A DNA stretch of 64,000 nucleotides from Candidatus Iainarchaeum sp. (lineage in GTDB: Archaea > Iainarchaeota > Iainarchaeia > Iainarchaeales > JACQJH01), in the NCBI GenBank assembly GCA_016205145.1, contig JACQJH010000001.1:195501-259500 (forward strand), given 5' to 3'. Positions 54,717-63,337 of the stretch are shown here, piece after piece. The notes beneath the pieces are model-generated. The model searched no databases, was not told the DNA's origin, and was given only the letters and a program-made list of their open reading frames with translations. Position 1 is the first letter of the stretch. Each line of letters starts with the position of its first letter. A program made the translations under genes and the position numbers.

Positions 54717-55604
54717 GACCTTGTTCAAGGGAAACTCGACTATGCCTTCCGCGCCGGCACCCTTCAGTTTCGGAATGAGCGTCCTGACGTCGTCTATTTT
54801 GACGATTGTGAGAACGTCGAACCAGCCTTCCTTGGAAAGCTTTGAAACCGTTGGATTGTTCAATGATGGCAGGACTTTGAGGACTTTTTGCAGGTTTTTT
54901 TCCTGCACGTTCATCATCAACCCCGCAAGGGTTTGCGCCGCGATTGCGCCTTTGAGCAGGGTTGCGATTTCGTCGATTTTCTTTCTCTTCCACAAATCCT
55001 TTGCCGCGCCTTTGTTTGCAATCAGTTTCGTGTTGCTTTCCATGAGCGTTTCGACAATGCGCAGGCCGTTCGCGCGCAAACTGCTTCCGGTTTCAGTCAC
55101 TTCAACGATTGCGTCGGCAAGCGTCGGCGGCTTGACTTCGGTTGCGCCCCATGAAAATTCCACTTCGGCTTTGACGTTGTTTTTTGCAAGCCATTCCTTT
55201 GTGAATCCCACAAGTTCGGTTGCGATCCTCTTTCCCTGCAGGTCCTTCACGCCTTTGATTTTCGAGTCGTTCGGCACAGCCAGAACCCATTTGACCCTTC
55301 CAAGGCCGGATTTTGCGTAAACAAGGTCCGCGATTTCGTCAACGCTTGACTTGTTTTCAAGAATCCAGTCCTTTCCCGTCAAGCCAAGGTCGATTGCGCC
55401 CTGTTCGACGTAACGCGACATTTCCTGCGCCCTGATGAGCACGCACTCTATTTCATCGTCGTTTATTTTCGGGTAATACGAGCGCTCTTCCGCGCGGATG
55501 TCATAACCGGCTTTCTTGAACAATTCTATTGTCGAATTCTGCAGGCTTCCCTTGGGGATGCCAAGCTTGAGTTTTTTGCCGCTTCCATCTTCTTTGCCTT
55601 TCAT
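54708..55604 (-). CDS. hisG: ATP phosphoribosyltransferase (long form with regulatory domain)
   Basis: 298 aa ([23 protein letters not shown] ... [13 protein letters not shown]) plus a C-terminal ACT-like region. Confidence 0.9.
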   Translation of the reverse strand: MKGKEDGSGKKLKLGIPKGSLQNSTIELFKKAGYDIRAEERSYYPKINDDEIECVLIRAQEMSRYVEQGAIDLGLTGKDWILENKSSVDEIADLVYAKSGLGRVKWVLAVPNDSKIKGVKDLQGKRIATELVGFTKEWLAKNNVKAEVEFSWGATEVKPPTLADAIVEVTETGSSLRANGLRIVETLMESNTKLIANKGAAKDLWKRKKIDEIATLLKGAIAAQTLAGLMMNVQEKNLQKVLKVLPSLNNPTVSKLSKEGWFDVLTIVKIDDVRTLIPKLKGAGAEGIVEFPLNKVVE

Positions 55605-56650
55605 TTCAATTCCTCCGCTTTCCTGAAAAAACAGCTCCTCTTGCCCGTGTGACAGGCAACATTGCCTTCCTGCTTCACTTTAAGAAGAATCGCGTCGTTG
55701 TCGCAGTCAAATCTCACTTCCCTGACAATCTGGAAGTTTCCGGAAGTTTCGCCTTTCACCCATAATTTTTGCCTGCTTCTGCTCCAATAGCAGGCCTTTC
55801 CTTCTTTCAGGGTGCGGCGAAGGCTTTCCCTGTTCATGTATGCAAGCATAAGCACTTCTCCCGTATTCCAGTCCTGTGCGATTGCAGGCAGCAGGCCGTT
55901 TCCCTTTTCAAAGTCAAGTTCATCGGGCAGGATGTCGGATAATTTTATCTTGCTAGTGTACAATGACATGCCCAATGCGCAGTCCACGCCGATGCCTTCA
56001 AGCCTGCGCGCCTCTTCAAGCGAGGCAATCCCGCCGGCGGCAATGATGCGGTTTTTCGTTGCCTTGCGAAGCCTTTGCACCGCTTCAAAGTCGATGCCTT
56101 TCATGAGGCCCTCTTTTTCCACGCACGTGAACAGGAATGCAGAGCACAGGCCTTCAAATTCTTTCGCCTTTTGCAAATAATCCGCCCCGGTTTTTTCCTG
56201 CCAGCCTTTCACAACAACCTCGCCTTTCCATGAATCCAATGCAACAATGATTTTTTCCTTTCCAATTTGCGCGCCAAGCTTTTGCAGGAATTCCTTGTTT
56301 GCGGCACTGCCGATGATGACGCGCTTTGCGCCAGCGCCGATGAGCGCTTTGGCTTTTTCCACGCTGTCGATTCCGCCGCCGGTGTTTGCATTCACGACAG
56401 AGCAGATTTTTTTGACGGTTGCGAGATTTGAGCCTATGCGTTTTGCCGCGTCCAAATCAATGACCTGCACTTCCCTGAAAGCGGAGAATTTTTCCGCGAA
56501 TTTTTCGGGAGCAGACGCTATGCGAATCTTCTCGGTTTTGCCCTGCTGCAGCTGGACAACTTTTCTGCCTTTCAAGTCAATGCTTGGCAACAACATTTTC
56601 ATTCCCTCACTACAATTCCCTTTTCTTTCAGGTATGCCTTGACTTTCCAC
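55601..56650 (-). CDS. hisA-hisI: Bifunctional fusion: ProFAR isomerase (HisA) + phosphoribosyl-AMP cyclohydrolase (HisI)
   Basis: The N-terminal ~240 aa are a HisA TIM barrel ([15 protein letters not shown] ... GGGIDS ... IAAGGIAS). The C-terminal ~105 aa are HisI ([50 protein letters not shown] ... [11 protein letters not shown] ... ACHTG). Confidence 0.8.
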   Translation of the reverse strand: MESQGIPERKGNCSEGMKMLLPSIDLKGRKVVQLQQGKTEKIRIASAPEKFAEKFSAFREVQVIDLDAAKRIGSNLATVKKICSVVNANTGGGIDSVEKAKALIGAGAKRVIIGSAANKEFLQKLGAQIGKEKIIVALDSWKGEVVVKGWQEKTGADYLQKAKEFEGLCSAFLFTCVEKEGLMKGIDFEAVQRLRKATKNRIIAAGGIASLEEARRLEGIGVDCALGMSLYTSKIKLSDILPDELDFEKGNGLLPAIAQDWNTGEVLMLAYMNRESLRRTLKEGKACYWSRSRQKLWVKGETSGNFQIVREVRFDCDNDAILLKVKQEGNVACHTGKRSCFFRKAEELK

Positions 56651-57378
56651 ACCGGAAACTCGTTGAAATGGAAAATGCTTGCGGCAAGCGCGGCATCGGC
56701 CTTTCCTGTTTCAAATACATCCACAAAGCTTTCAAGGTTTCCCCCGCCCCCGCTTGCAATGACTGGAACGTTAACGCTTTCCGAAACCGCTTTTGTCAGT
56801 TCGAGGTCGAAGCCCTCTTTTGTTCCGTCGCGGTCCATGCTTGTCAGGAGGATTTCGCCTGCGCCAAGTTCAACCGCTTCTTTCGCCCATTCGAGGGCGT
56901 TTTTTCCCGTGAATTTGCGGCCGCCGTATTTCGAGCACTCCCACCAGACTTTTCCTTTCTCTTCCCTTTTTTTCGCGTCAATCGCCAGCACGACTGCCTG
57001 GTTGCCATACGCTTTTGCAATCTCCGAAATGAGGCGAGGCCTTTCCAGCGCGGCAGTGTTTATGCTTACCTTGTCCGCGCCTGCTTCGAACACACTTTTT
57101 GCGTCCGCCAGTGAGCGTATTCCGCCCCCGACAGTTAACGGCACGAAAACTTCCTGCGCGGTTTTTTCGATTACGTCAACCATTGTTTCTCTTCTCTCGG
57201 AACTTGCGGTGATGTCCAGAAAGACGATTTCGTCAGCGCCCTGCGCGTAATACGCTTCGGCCTGCTCCCACGGCACGCCGGCGTATTTTATTTCCTTGAA
57301 CTGGACTCCTTTGACGACTCTTCCTTGCGCGACCGAAAGGTCGCAGTCCAGACAGGGAATGATTCGTTTTGCGAGCAT
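56599..57378 (-). CDS. hisF: Imidazole glycerol phosphate synthase cyclase subunit
   Basis: 259 aa beginning [16 protein letters not shown], with HisF barrel motifs ([11 protein letters not shown] ... GGGIRS). Confidence 0.9.
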   Translation of the reverse strand: MLAKRIIPCLDCDLSVAQGRVVKGVQFKEIKYAGVPWEQAEAYYAQGADEIVFLDITASSERRETMVDVIEKTAQEVFVPLTVGGGIRSLADAKSVFEAGADKVSINTAALERPRLISEIAKAYGNQAVVLAIDAKKREEKGKVWWECSKYGGRKFTGKNALEWAKEAVELGAGEILLTSMDRDGTKEGFDLELTKAVSESVNVPVIASGGGGNLESFVDVFETGKADAALAASIFHFNEFPVWKVKAYLKEKGIVVRE

Positions 57379-57390
57379 TTGAAACCAGTT

Positions 57391-57795
57391 TTATTCTCTA
57401 TTCATTAATTCAGTTTGAACGCGGGTGTACATTGTAATTAATCCATTTGCAATAATGTCCGTTGTGTGTTCGGGCTGTTCTGTCGTGCGTTCGTGTTCTA
57501 TTTCAATGAACCGGTTTATCCTTTCCATTGTGCTTTCAAGGACTTCCGTGGGAATGCTTGTGAGCGGCCTATTGCGTTCAACCAATCTTAGTGTCAGCCT
57601 TTCGAGTTGCTGGTCTGGGCCCAATCCGGTTTCCAGCAATTTTTGCAGTTCCGGAATCACATGTTGCTGGGCCGGCATATCCGTTCCGGGGACGGTATGT
57701 GTCGATTCTCTCACATCTTGCCCAAAATAACCCTGCGCTATATTCCGGAAACGTTCTTTAAGCCCTTCCGGGTGCGCCTCATGTCGTCTCTCCAT
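57391..57795 (-). CDS. Hypothetical 134-aa protein embedded in the his operon
   Basis: ORF between hisF and hisH on the same strand with short spacers. No similarity to HisE that I can recognise. Confidence 0.4.
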   Translation of the reverse strand: MERRHEAHPEGLKERFRNIAQGYFGQDVRESTHTVPGTDMPAQQHVIPELQKLLETGLGPDQQLERLTLRLVERNRPLTSIPTEVLESTMERINRFIEIEHERTTEQPEHTTDIIANGLITMYTRVQTELMNRE

Positions 57796-57804
57796 AGTAT
57801 CACC

Positions 57805-58407
57805 TCAAATTTCAACAAAATTCTCCAGCACCTTAAGTCCAGCGGCTCCGCTTTTTTCCGGGTGGAATTGCACGGCAAAAACGTTGTCTTTTTCAACAGC
57901 GGAACAGTATTTTCCGCCGTAATCGGTTTCGCCAGAGACGATGTCCTTGTCGAACGGCTTGGCATAATAGCCGTGCACGAAATAAAAGAACGAATTGTCG
58001 GGAACATCCTCGAGCAGCGCGCTTTCCTTTGCCTTTTCGACCTGGTTCCAGCCGATCTGGGGAACTTTCAGGTTTTTTCCTTCAAATTTTTCAACCGTGC
58101 CCTGCAAAACTTTCAGGCCTTCGCTTTCAGGGCTTTCCGCGCTTTCCTCGAACAGCGCCTGGAGGCCGATGCAGATGCCGAGGAAAGGCTTTCCTTCCTC
58201 GATTGCCCATTCGATTGCGTAGTCCAGTTTTTTTTCGCGCAGTTCGCGCATTGCCTCGCCGAAATTGCCCACGCCGGGAAAAACGACCTTGCTCGCTTTT
58301 CCCACCTGTTCAGGAGTTTTCGCAATGACTGCCTTTTCGCCGATTTTTCGGAAGGCGTTGCGGACGCTCTGCAAATTGCCCCTGCCATAATCAATGATTG
58401 CAATCAT
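57805..58407 (-). CDS. hisH: Imidazole glycerol phosphate synthase glutaminase subunit
   Basis: Class I GATase triad context (GICIGLQ ... HPE) in a 200-aa protein. Confidence 0.9.
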   Translation of the reverse strand: MIAIIDYGRGNLQSVRNAFRKIGEKAVIAKTPEQVGKASKVVFPGVGNFGEAMRELREKKLDYAIEWAIEEGKPFLGICIGLQALFEESAESPESEGLKVLQGTVEKFEGKNLKVPQIGWNQVEKAKESALLEDVPDNSFFYFVHGYYAKPFDKDIVSGETDYGGKYCSAVEKDNVFAVQFHPEKSGAAGLKVLENFVEI

Positions 58408-59036
58408 AGCATTCCCTTGGTGCTCGGCAAAAACTTCTGCCGCCTGTCAAATTCAACCGCGCAACGCAACGCGCGCGCGAAAGCCTTGAACAGCGCTTCA
58501 ACCAGGTGGTGTGCATTCTTTCCGTAAACAACTTTGACGTGGATGTTTGCCTTCAGCTCGTTTGCCACTGCCTGGAAGAATTCTTCCACAAGCTCGGTCG
58601 GAAACCCGCCGATGCGGTCGAGCGGAAACTTTGCGTCGAACACAAGCTTTGGCCTGCCGCTCAAATCAATCGCGCAGAACGCAAGGCTTTCATCCATTGG
58701 CACGTATTCCCAGCCGTACCTTGCAATGCCCTTTTTGTCGCCAAGCGCTTTAGCTATTGCCTGTCCGAGGACAATGCCGGTATCCTCGACAGTGTGGTGC
58801 AAATCCACTTCCAAGTCGCCTTTTGCCTCAAGCGAAACGTCGATGAGGCTGTGCTTGGAGAAAAGTTCGAGCATGTGGTTGAAGAACCCGATTCCGGTTT
58901 CAATTTCATACCTGCCTTCGCCGTCAAGGTTTACCGAGGCTTTGATTTTGGTTTCAGTGGTGTTCCGTTCAATCTCCGCTTTCCTCACGAATGATTTCGC
59001 CTTTTTTTCGTTTGCCTTTCCTTTGCCTTCGCTCAT
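58404..59036 (-). CDS. hisB: Imidazoleglycerol-phosphate dehydratase (monofunctional)
   Basis: IGPD motifs (GIGFFNHMLE ... DLHHTVEDTGI). Confidence 0.9.
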   Translation of the reverse strand: MSEGKGKANEKKAKSFVRKAEIERNTTETKIKASVNLDGEGRYEIETGIGFFNHMLELFSKHSLIDVSLEAKGDLEVDLHHTVEDTGIVLGQAIAKALGDKKGIARYGWEYVPMDESLAFCAIDLSGRPKLVFDAKFPLDRIGGFPTELVEEFFQAVANELKANIHVKVVYGKNAHHLVEALFKAFARALRCAVEFDRRQKFLPSTKGML

Positions 59037-60124
59037 TTCGTTTCACCCAAAACCTTTTCCAGCGCGGAGCAGAATTTTTTCATCTGTTCTGGCGTGCCGA
59101 TGCTGATGCGGATGCAGCCTTCCAGTCTCTCATAACCGCTCCTGTCCCTTACAAGGAAGCCTTTTTCCTTAAGCTTTTCGGCGATTGCTTTGGCGTTTTT
59201 GCCAAAGCGTGCGACGAGAAAATTCGACTTGCTCGGAAAGCGCTTCACGCCTTTTTCGTCAAGGAACTTTTCAAGAATTGCGCGCCCCGCTTCAACCTGT
59301 TTCACATAATCCTGCATGTAAGCCGGGTCCTTCAGCGCTTCCGTTGCCGCGAGCGCGCTCAAAGCGGTGATGCTGTAAGGCGACTTCGCCTTTTTCAGCG
59401 TTGAAATGATTTTTTCGTTTCCCAGAGCGTATCCGATGCGCATTCCGCCGAGGCCCATTGCCTTTGAAAAGGTTTTGAGCACGACAAGGTTGTCGAACTC
59501 TCCAATCCTGCCGGCAACGGTTTCTTTCGTGAATTCCGAGTATGCTTCGTCGACGATTGCCAGGCAGCCTTCCGCCCGCGCGGCCCTGATGATTTCGATG
59601 AGGTCTTTTTCCGGAATTTCGGTGGCAGTCGGATTGTTGGGGTTGCAGAGAATGACTGCCCGGCTGCCCTTGATTTCCGCGAGCACTTTTTGCGTCGGAA
59701 ATGAGAGGTCTTCATTGTACAGCGGCTTTGCAATTTTCGCCCCTTGCAGTTCAGCGTAAAAGTAAAACATGGCAAAGCTCGGAGTCGGAATCACGATCTT
59801 TCCGTTGCCCACAAAGCATTCAATGCATCCGCGGATGGCCTCATCCGAGCCGTTGAAGGGCACGGCGTTTTCCGGCTTCGCGTTGTTGTAATCCGCAATC
59901 GCTTTTGTCAGCTCCGAGTATTCCGGATACGCGGACAGCCTTTCCGCTGAAACGTTTTTGATTGCCGTGAGAACGCGCGGGCTTGGGCCGAGAGTGTTTT
60001 CGTTGAAGTCAAGCCTCATTTTGCCCAGCCTGCTGGCTGTCGGAGGATTGTACGGCTTGAGCTTTTTCACATTGCCGGTTTCGGAAATCATTTCATTCAC
60101 TTCCCGCATGCTCCGGCTTTCCAA
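59033..60124 (-). CDS. hisC: Histidinol-phosphate aminotransferase
   Basis: Class II aminotransferase, 363 aa, with the PLP-Lys context FSKAMGLGGMRIGY. Confidence 0.9.
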   Translation of the reverse strand: MESRSMREVNEMISETGNVKKLKPYNPPTASRLGKMRLDFNENTLGPSPRVLTAIKNVSAERLSAYPEYSELTKAIADYNNAKPENAVPFNGSDEAIRGCIECFVGNGKIVIPTPSFAMFYFYAELQGAKIAKPLYNEDLSFPTQKVLAEIKGSRAVILCNPNNPTATEIPEKDLIEIIRAARAEGCLAIVDEAYSEFTKETVAGRIGEFDNLVVLKTFSKAMGLGGMRIGYALGNEKIISTLKKAKSPYSITALSALAATEALKDPAYMQDYVKQVEAGRAILEKFLDEKGVKRFPSKSNFLVARFGKNAKAIAEKLKEKGFLVRDRSGYERLEGCIRISIGTPEQMKKFCSALEKVLGETK

Positions 60125-62303
60125 AAAGCTTTGGCAGTTCGTTTATGTCTTTCAACACGGCGTCCGCGCCTTTTTCCAAATAAAATTTTTTGCCCGGCGA
60201 GAACGCGCCCGTCAAAACCATTGCGCAAAAATTGCCTTTCAGCGGGCCGCCCGCGTTTTTCACCATTTCAAGGTCGTCAATCATGTCACCCACATACAAA
60301 ACCTTTTCGGCATTGAGCCTTTTTTTCATCCATTCCAGCGGCGCGGCGTTTGGTTTCAACTTTCCGCCGGTTTCGCTTGCGGTTTCATCCGAAAAAATGT
60401 TTTCTTTTGCAATCGCCGCTGCAAGGCCGCATCTTTCAAGGCAAAGCATTGCTTCGTTGAACGTGCGCCCGGTTATCACGCCGAGCTTTTTGCCGTTGTT
60501 TTTCAGCCACTCGACGGTTTTCCTTGAAACAATCATTTTTTCGTTTTCGCAAAGCCCTTTTTTCACGCCCAATCTTGCCGGTTTGCCGAAAAACTCCGTG
60601 AAACGCCTTTCGCCGAGGTATAGTTCCTCGAACGCGTCCATGATTTTTTCGCGGTCGTATTCGCGTGCAATGCTTTCCCACTTTTGGCCGGCAATCTGCC
60701 TTGCAGCCCTTTCTGCGCCTTCAAAGCCTTTGTCCAAGCCGATTTTCGGGGCGAATTCTTCCCCGCTTACGCGAAAGCCGTTTTTTTGCAGCAACGCAAC
60801 CAGGCTTAAAGCATAGGCAACGTGCCAGTCGTTGTTGAATCCCCCCAAGCGCTTGAACAAAGCGGTTTTCTGCACCGGAAACCTTTTTCCGTACAAAACT
60901 TCGACCGCTTTCACTGTTGCAATCCTGTAAGTGTTGCTTACATCTGCCAGCACGCCGTCAATGTCCAAAACAATCGCGTCAACGCCAGAAAACCCGCTTC
61001 CGGGCGCGCTTTTTCCGCGGTCCAAGCGTATTTCAACGCTTTTTTTGTGCGCTTCAAGGCCCTCGGAATCAGCCATTGCACCAATCGTTTTTTGCAGGCC
61101 TTTCAGGCCTTTTTCAGAGATTTTCTGGAACGCGATGACCTTGACAAAGTCCCTTGCCGACAGGCCAGCGCGTTGTTTTGCCGTTCCGCCGGTTGGCAGG
61201 ACGTGATTTGTGCCGGAACAGTAGTCTCCCGCGGCTACCGGGCTGAAGTCTCCGAGAAAAACGCTTCCAGCCGCGCTTATTTGCGGCAGAAGCCTTTCCG
61301 CCCTGCCGAAAAGCACCAAGTGTTCCGGGCCGATTTGGTTCACGATGCCCGCGCAGTCCTGCAGATCCCTTGCAATGACAACAGCCGAATTGGTTTCAAG
61401 CGCCCTGCGTGCTGTTTCGGCATTCTTTGCTGTTTCAAGCTGAACCGAAAGCGCGGCTTTGGCTTTTTCTGCGAGCGCCCTGTCCGGCGTGACAAGAATG
61501 CAGACGCTGTTTGAGTCGTGCTCGGCCTGCGTCAAAAGCTCGGCCGCAACGATTTTCGCGTCGGCTTTCGAGTCCGCTACAACGCACACCTCGCTCGGCC
61601 CGGCAACAAAATCAATGGAAACCTGGCCGAAAACAAGCCTTTTCGCGGTTGCGACAAAAACGTTTCCCGGCCCGGCAATCTTTTGCACGCGCGGCACGGT
61701 TTTGGTGCCGAATGCCATTGCGGCAATTGCCTGGCTTCCGCCCAGAGTGAAAATCCTGTCCACGCCGGCGATGTCGGCTGCGACAAGCACGAGCGGGTTA
61801 GTGCCATCCTTTTTCGGCGGAGTGCACATCACAATCTCTTTCACGCCCGCGGCTTTCGCAGGCAAGGCATTCATCAAAACGCTTGAAGGCAAAGGATACC
61901 TGCCCGCTGGAACATAAATGCCGACAACGTCCAATGGCCTGACAATTTCCCCAACAACCACGCCTTGCGCATTTTCAGTTTTCCATTCTTTCGGCAGCTG
62001 CCTTTTTGCAAAAGCAAGAATGTTTTTTTTCGCGAGCTTCAAGGCTTCAACCTGTGCCTTCGAAACTTTGGAATAAGCCGCCTTAATCTCCGCACTGCTC
62101 ACTTCCATGCTTTCAGGGGAAAGCCGCACGCCATCGAATTTTTCCGAAAACGCAATCAGCGCGGAATCGCCTTTTTCCCTGACTTCCGCGATAATGCTTC
62201 GGACGGTTTCTTCGACATTCTTGTCCGGCGCCTCCAGCCCGGCAAGGAACGCTTCAAGCTCTCCGGGTTTTTCGGCGGTTATTTCTTTCAGCATGTAGAC
62301 CAC
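60093..62303 (-). CDS. hisD: Fusion: histidinol dehydrogenase (HisD) + C-terminal HAD-superfamily phosphatase domain (candidate histidinol-phosphatase)
   Basis: The N-terminal ~430 aa are HisD (zinc/NAD motifs QAEHDS ... DYCSGTNHVLPT). The C-terminal ~300 aa carry HAD motifs I (VLDIDGVLAD), II (VITGR) and III/IV (YVGDMIDDLEMV). Confidence 0.85.
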   Translation of the reverse strand: MVYMLKEITAEKPGELEAFLAGLEAPDKNVEETVRSIIAEVREKGDSALIAFSEKFDGVRLSPESMEVSSAEIKAAYSKVSKAQVEALKLAKKNILAFAKRQLPKEWKTENAQGVVVGEIVRPLDVVGIYVPAGRYPLPSSVLMNALPAKAAGVKEIVMCTPPKKDGTNPLVLVAADIAGVDRIFTLGGSQAIAAMAFGTKTVPRVQKIAGPGNVFVATAKRLVFGQVSIDFVAGPSEVCVVADSKADAKIVAAELLTQAEHDSNSVCILVTPDRALAEKAKAALSVQLETAKNAETARRALETNSAVVIARDLQDCAGIVNQIGPEHLVLFGRAERLLPQISAAGSVFLGDFSPVAAGDYCSGTNHVLPTGGTAKQRAGLSARDFVKVIAFQKISEKGLKGLQKTIGAMADSEGLEAHKKSVEIRLDRGKSAPGSGFSGVDAIVLDIDGVLADVSNTYRIATVKAVEVLYGKRFPVQKTALFKRLGGFNNDWHVAYALSLVALLQKNGFRVSGEEFAPKIGLDKGFEGAERAARQIAGQKWESIAREYDREKIMDAFEELYLGERRFTEFFGKPARLGVKKGLCENEKMIVSRKTVEWLKNNGKKLGVITGRTFNEAMLCLERCGLAAAIAKENIFSDETASETGGKLKPNAAPLEWMKKRLNAEKVLYVGDMIDDLEMVKNAGGPLKGNFCAMVLTGAFSPGKKFYLEKGADAVLKDINELPKLFGKPEHAGSE

Positions 62304-62305
62304 GT

Positions 62306-62368
62306 GCCAAGTAAAGGCTTACTTGGCATATTGCGCAGCAATATGCCTTGGTTTCGCACCCGCCGGGC
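62306..62368 (-). repeat. tRNA-His 3' trailer: H1'-H2 hairpins between tRNA-His and the hisD start
   Basis: CGCCGTCATCGCCCGGCGGG TGCGAAACCAAGGCATATTGCTGCGCAATATGCCAAGTAAG. The same 35-nt start CTCGCCGTCATCGCCCGGCGGGTGCGAAACCAAGGC recurs at 12601..12636 on the plus strand. Confidence 0.75.
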
Positions 62369-62604
62369 GATGACGGCGAGGCCTGTGCCGGGAATCGAGC
62401 CCGGGCCGGGGGATAACTGCAACCATGCGGTTTTTCGCAAACCTTTTTGGAAAAGGTTTCTTGCGGTTTTTCGCAAACCTTTTTGGAAAAGGTTTCTTGC
62501 GGTTTTTCGCAAACCTTTTTGGAAAAGGTTTCTTGCGGTTTTTCGCAAACCTTTTTCCAAAAGGTTTCCACAGTCCCCAATGCTGCCACTACACCACACA
62601 AGCC
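62369..62604 (-). tRNA. tRNA-His(GTG) with encoded G-1 and a 164-nt intron at 37/38 (intron 62404..62567)
   Basis: The 5' exon is G-1 plus GCTTGTGTGGTGTAGTGGCAGCATTGGGGACTGTGG. The 3' exon ATCCCCCGGCCCGGGCTCGATTCCCGGCACAGGCC gives a perfect anticodon stem GGGGA/TCCCC, and the acceptor stem has one G-U. The discriminator is C73, as expected for tRNA-His. Intron flanks AAACC...GGTT can pair as in BHB motifs. Confidence 0.75.
62416..62559 (-). repeat. Four tandem 36-nt palindromic repeats making up most of the tRNA-His intron
   Basis: Three copies of GCGGTTTTTCGCAAACCTTTTTGGAAAAGGTTTCTT plus one variant; each unit contains an AAACC...GGTTT inverted repeat. The track ORFs 62254..62601(-) and 62425..62778(+) are periodic-translation artefacts of this array. 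Confidence 0.9.
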
Positions 62605-62670
62605 ATTCGGCGGTTTCGTCCGCCGGGTTCGACGACGGGTACTTCGCTGCGCTCAGTACCCATCTGTTCT
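62605..62670 (-). repeat. tRNA-His 5' leader hairpins (module D/E)
   Basis: Plus strand CGGCGGTTTCGTCCGCCG GGTTCGACGAC GGGTACTTCGCTGCGCTCAGTACCC. Near-identical copies lie at 664..706 (plus) and 21307..21350. Confidence 0.7.
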
Positions 62671-62880
62671 TTTTCGTATTATCCTCTGCCGCTAAAAGGT
62701 TTTCCGCCGCGAATCCAGCCTGAGGGCTGGGTTGCGTTGAAAACAGGCTTTCAGAGTTACTTCTATTCAAGAATTTAAGAGAATTTTCATACGATGTGAA
62801 GTAACTCACTTTTCATTCTGAAAACCTGAAATAATCTGCCTATGCAAGGTTTAAATACCTATGCGGCGGCGGGAATTCGT

Positions 62881-63029
62881 GCTTACTCGGCCATTGCAAC
62901 GCAATGGCCTTGGTTCCGAACGCAGGGGGCTTCGCCCCCTCACCCGTCCCCAATCATTTACTACTGCTTACTCGGCGTATTGCGCTGGCAATACGCCTTG
63001 GTTCCGAACCAGCCGGACGGAACCGGCTT
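62881..63029 (-). repeat. tRNA-Leu 3' trailer: full hairpin cassette
   Basis: H1 AAGCCGGTTCCGTCCGGCTGG; H2 TTCGGAACCAAGGCGTATTGCCAGCGCAATACGCCGAGTAAG; spacer CAGTAGTAAATGATTGGGGACGGGTGA; H3 GGGGGCGAAGCCCCC; TGCG; H4 TTCGGAACCAAGGCCATTGCGTTGCAATGGCCGAGTAAGCAC. Confidence 0.8.
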
Positions 63030-63113
63030 TGCAGGAGGGCGGATTCGAACCGCCGAACGCACTAAGCGACAAGGCCCTGAACCTTGCGGGTTTGGCCGCT
63101 TCCCTACCCCTGC
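63030..63113 (-). tRNA. tRNA-Leu(CAG), class II with long variable arm
   Basis: Minus strand GCAGGGGTAGGGAAGCGGCCAAACCCGCAAGGTTCAGGGCCTTGTCGCTTAGTGCGTTCGGCGGTTCGAATCCGCCCTCCTGCA. Anticodon loop TTCAGGG, T-arm GGCGG-TTCGAAT-CCGCC. Confidence 0.85.
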
Positions 63114-63178
63114 ATTATGCTAGTATTTGTTTTGGGTTTGTTTTAAGAATATTTTTTTTTGCGCGCCGGAACGCGCTT

Positions 63179-63252
63179 CGACCCCAAGGGGATTTGAACC
63201 CCTGCCAGAGGCTCCGCAAGCCCCCGTGCTGTCCAGGCTACACCATGGGGCC
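63179..63252 (-). tRNA. tRNA-Arg(GCG)
   Basis: Minus strand GGCCCCATGGTGTAGCCTGGACAGCACGGGGGCTTGCGGAGCCTCTGGCAGGGGTTCAAATCCCCTTGGGGTCG. The cloverleaf has two G-U pairs and anticodon loop TTGCGGA. Confidence 0.85.
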
Positions 63253-63337
63253 AGAACTGTCCGGGCAATTTTGCCAGAAGCAATTGTGCTGAAAAAGTCT
63301 TTTTATGGCTTGTGTTGGATTGCCATAATAAAAGCGC

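Noticed and set aside
54717-54993. N-terminal basic low-complexity 92 aa of track ORF 54334..54993
   Set aside because: It overlaps the 3' end of hisG in another frame. Only the C-terminal DUF1801-like part is taken as real, with a GTG start.
62416-62559. Possible CRISPR array (36-nt direct repeats)
   Set aside because: The repeats are directly tandem with no intervening unique spacers, and the array lies inside a tRNA intron. This is not CRISPR.
62254-62778. ORFs 62254..62601(-), 62288..62809(-) and 62425..62778(+) with periodic peptides (EKPQETFSKKVC..., FANLFGKGFLR...)
   Set aside because: They are translations of the 4x 36-nt tandem repeat inside the tRNA-His intron and the flanking hairpins. 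This is periodic low-complexity sequence, not coding.
62862-63029. Possibility that the tRNA-Leu trailer hides another split or intron-containing tRNA
   Set aside because: No T-arm (GTTCRANYC), D-arm or acceptor pairing could be assembled from the hairpins. They match the cassette family instead.
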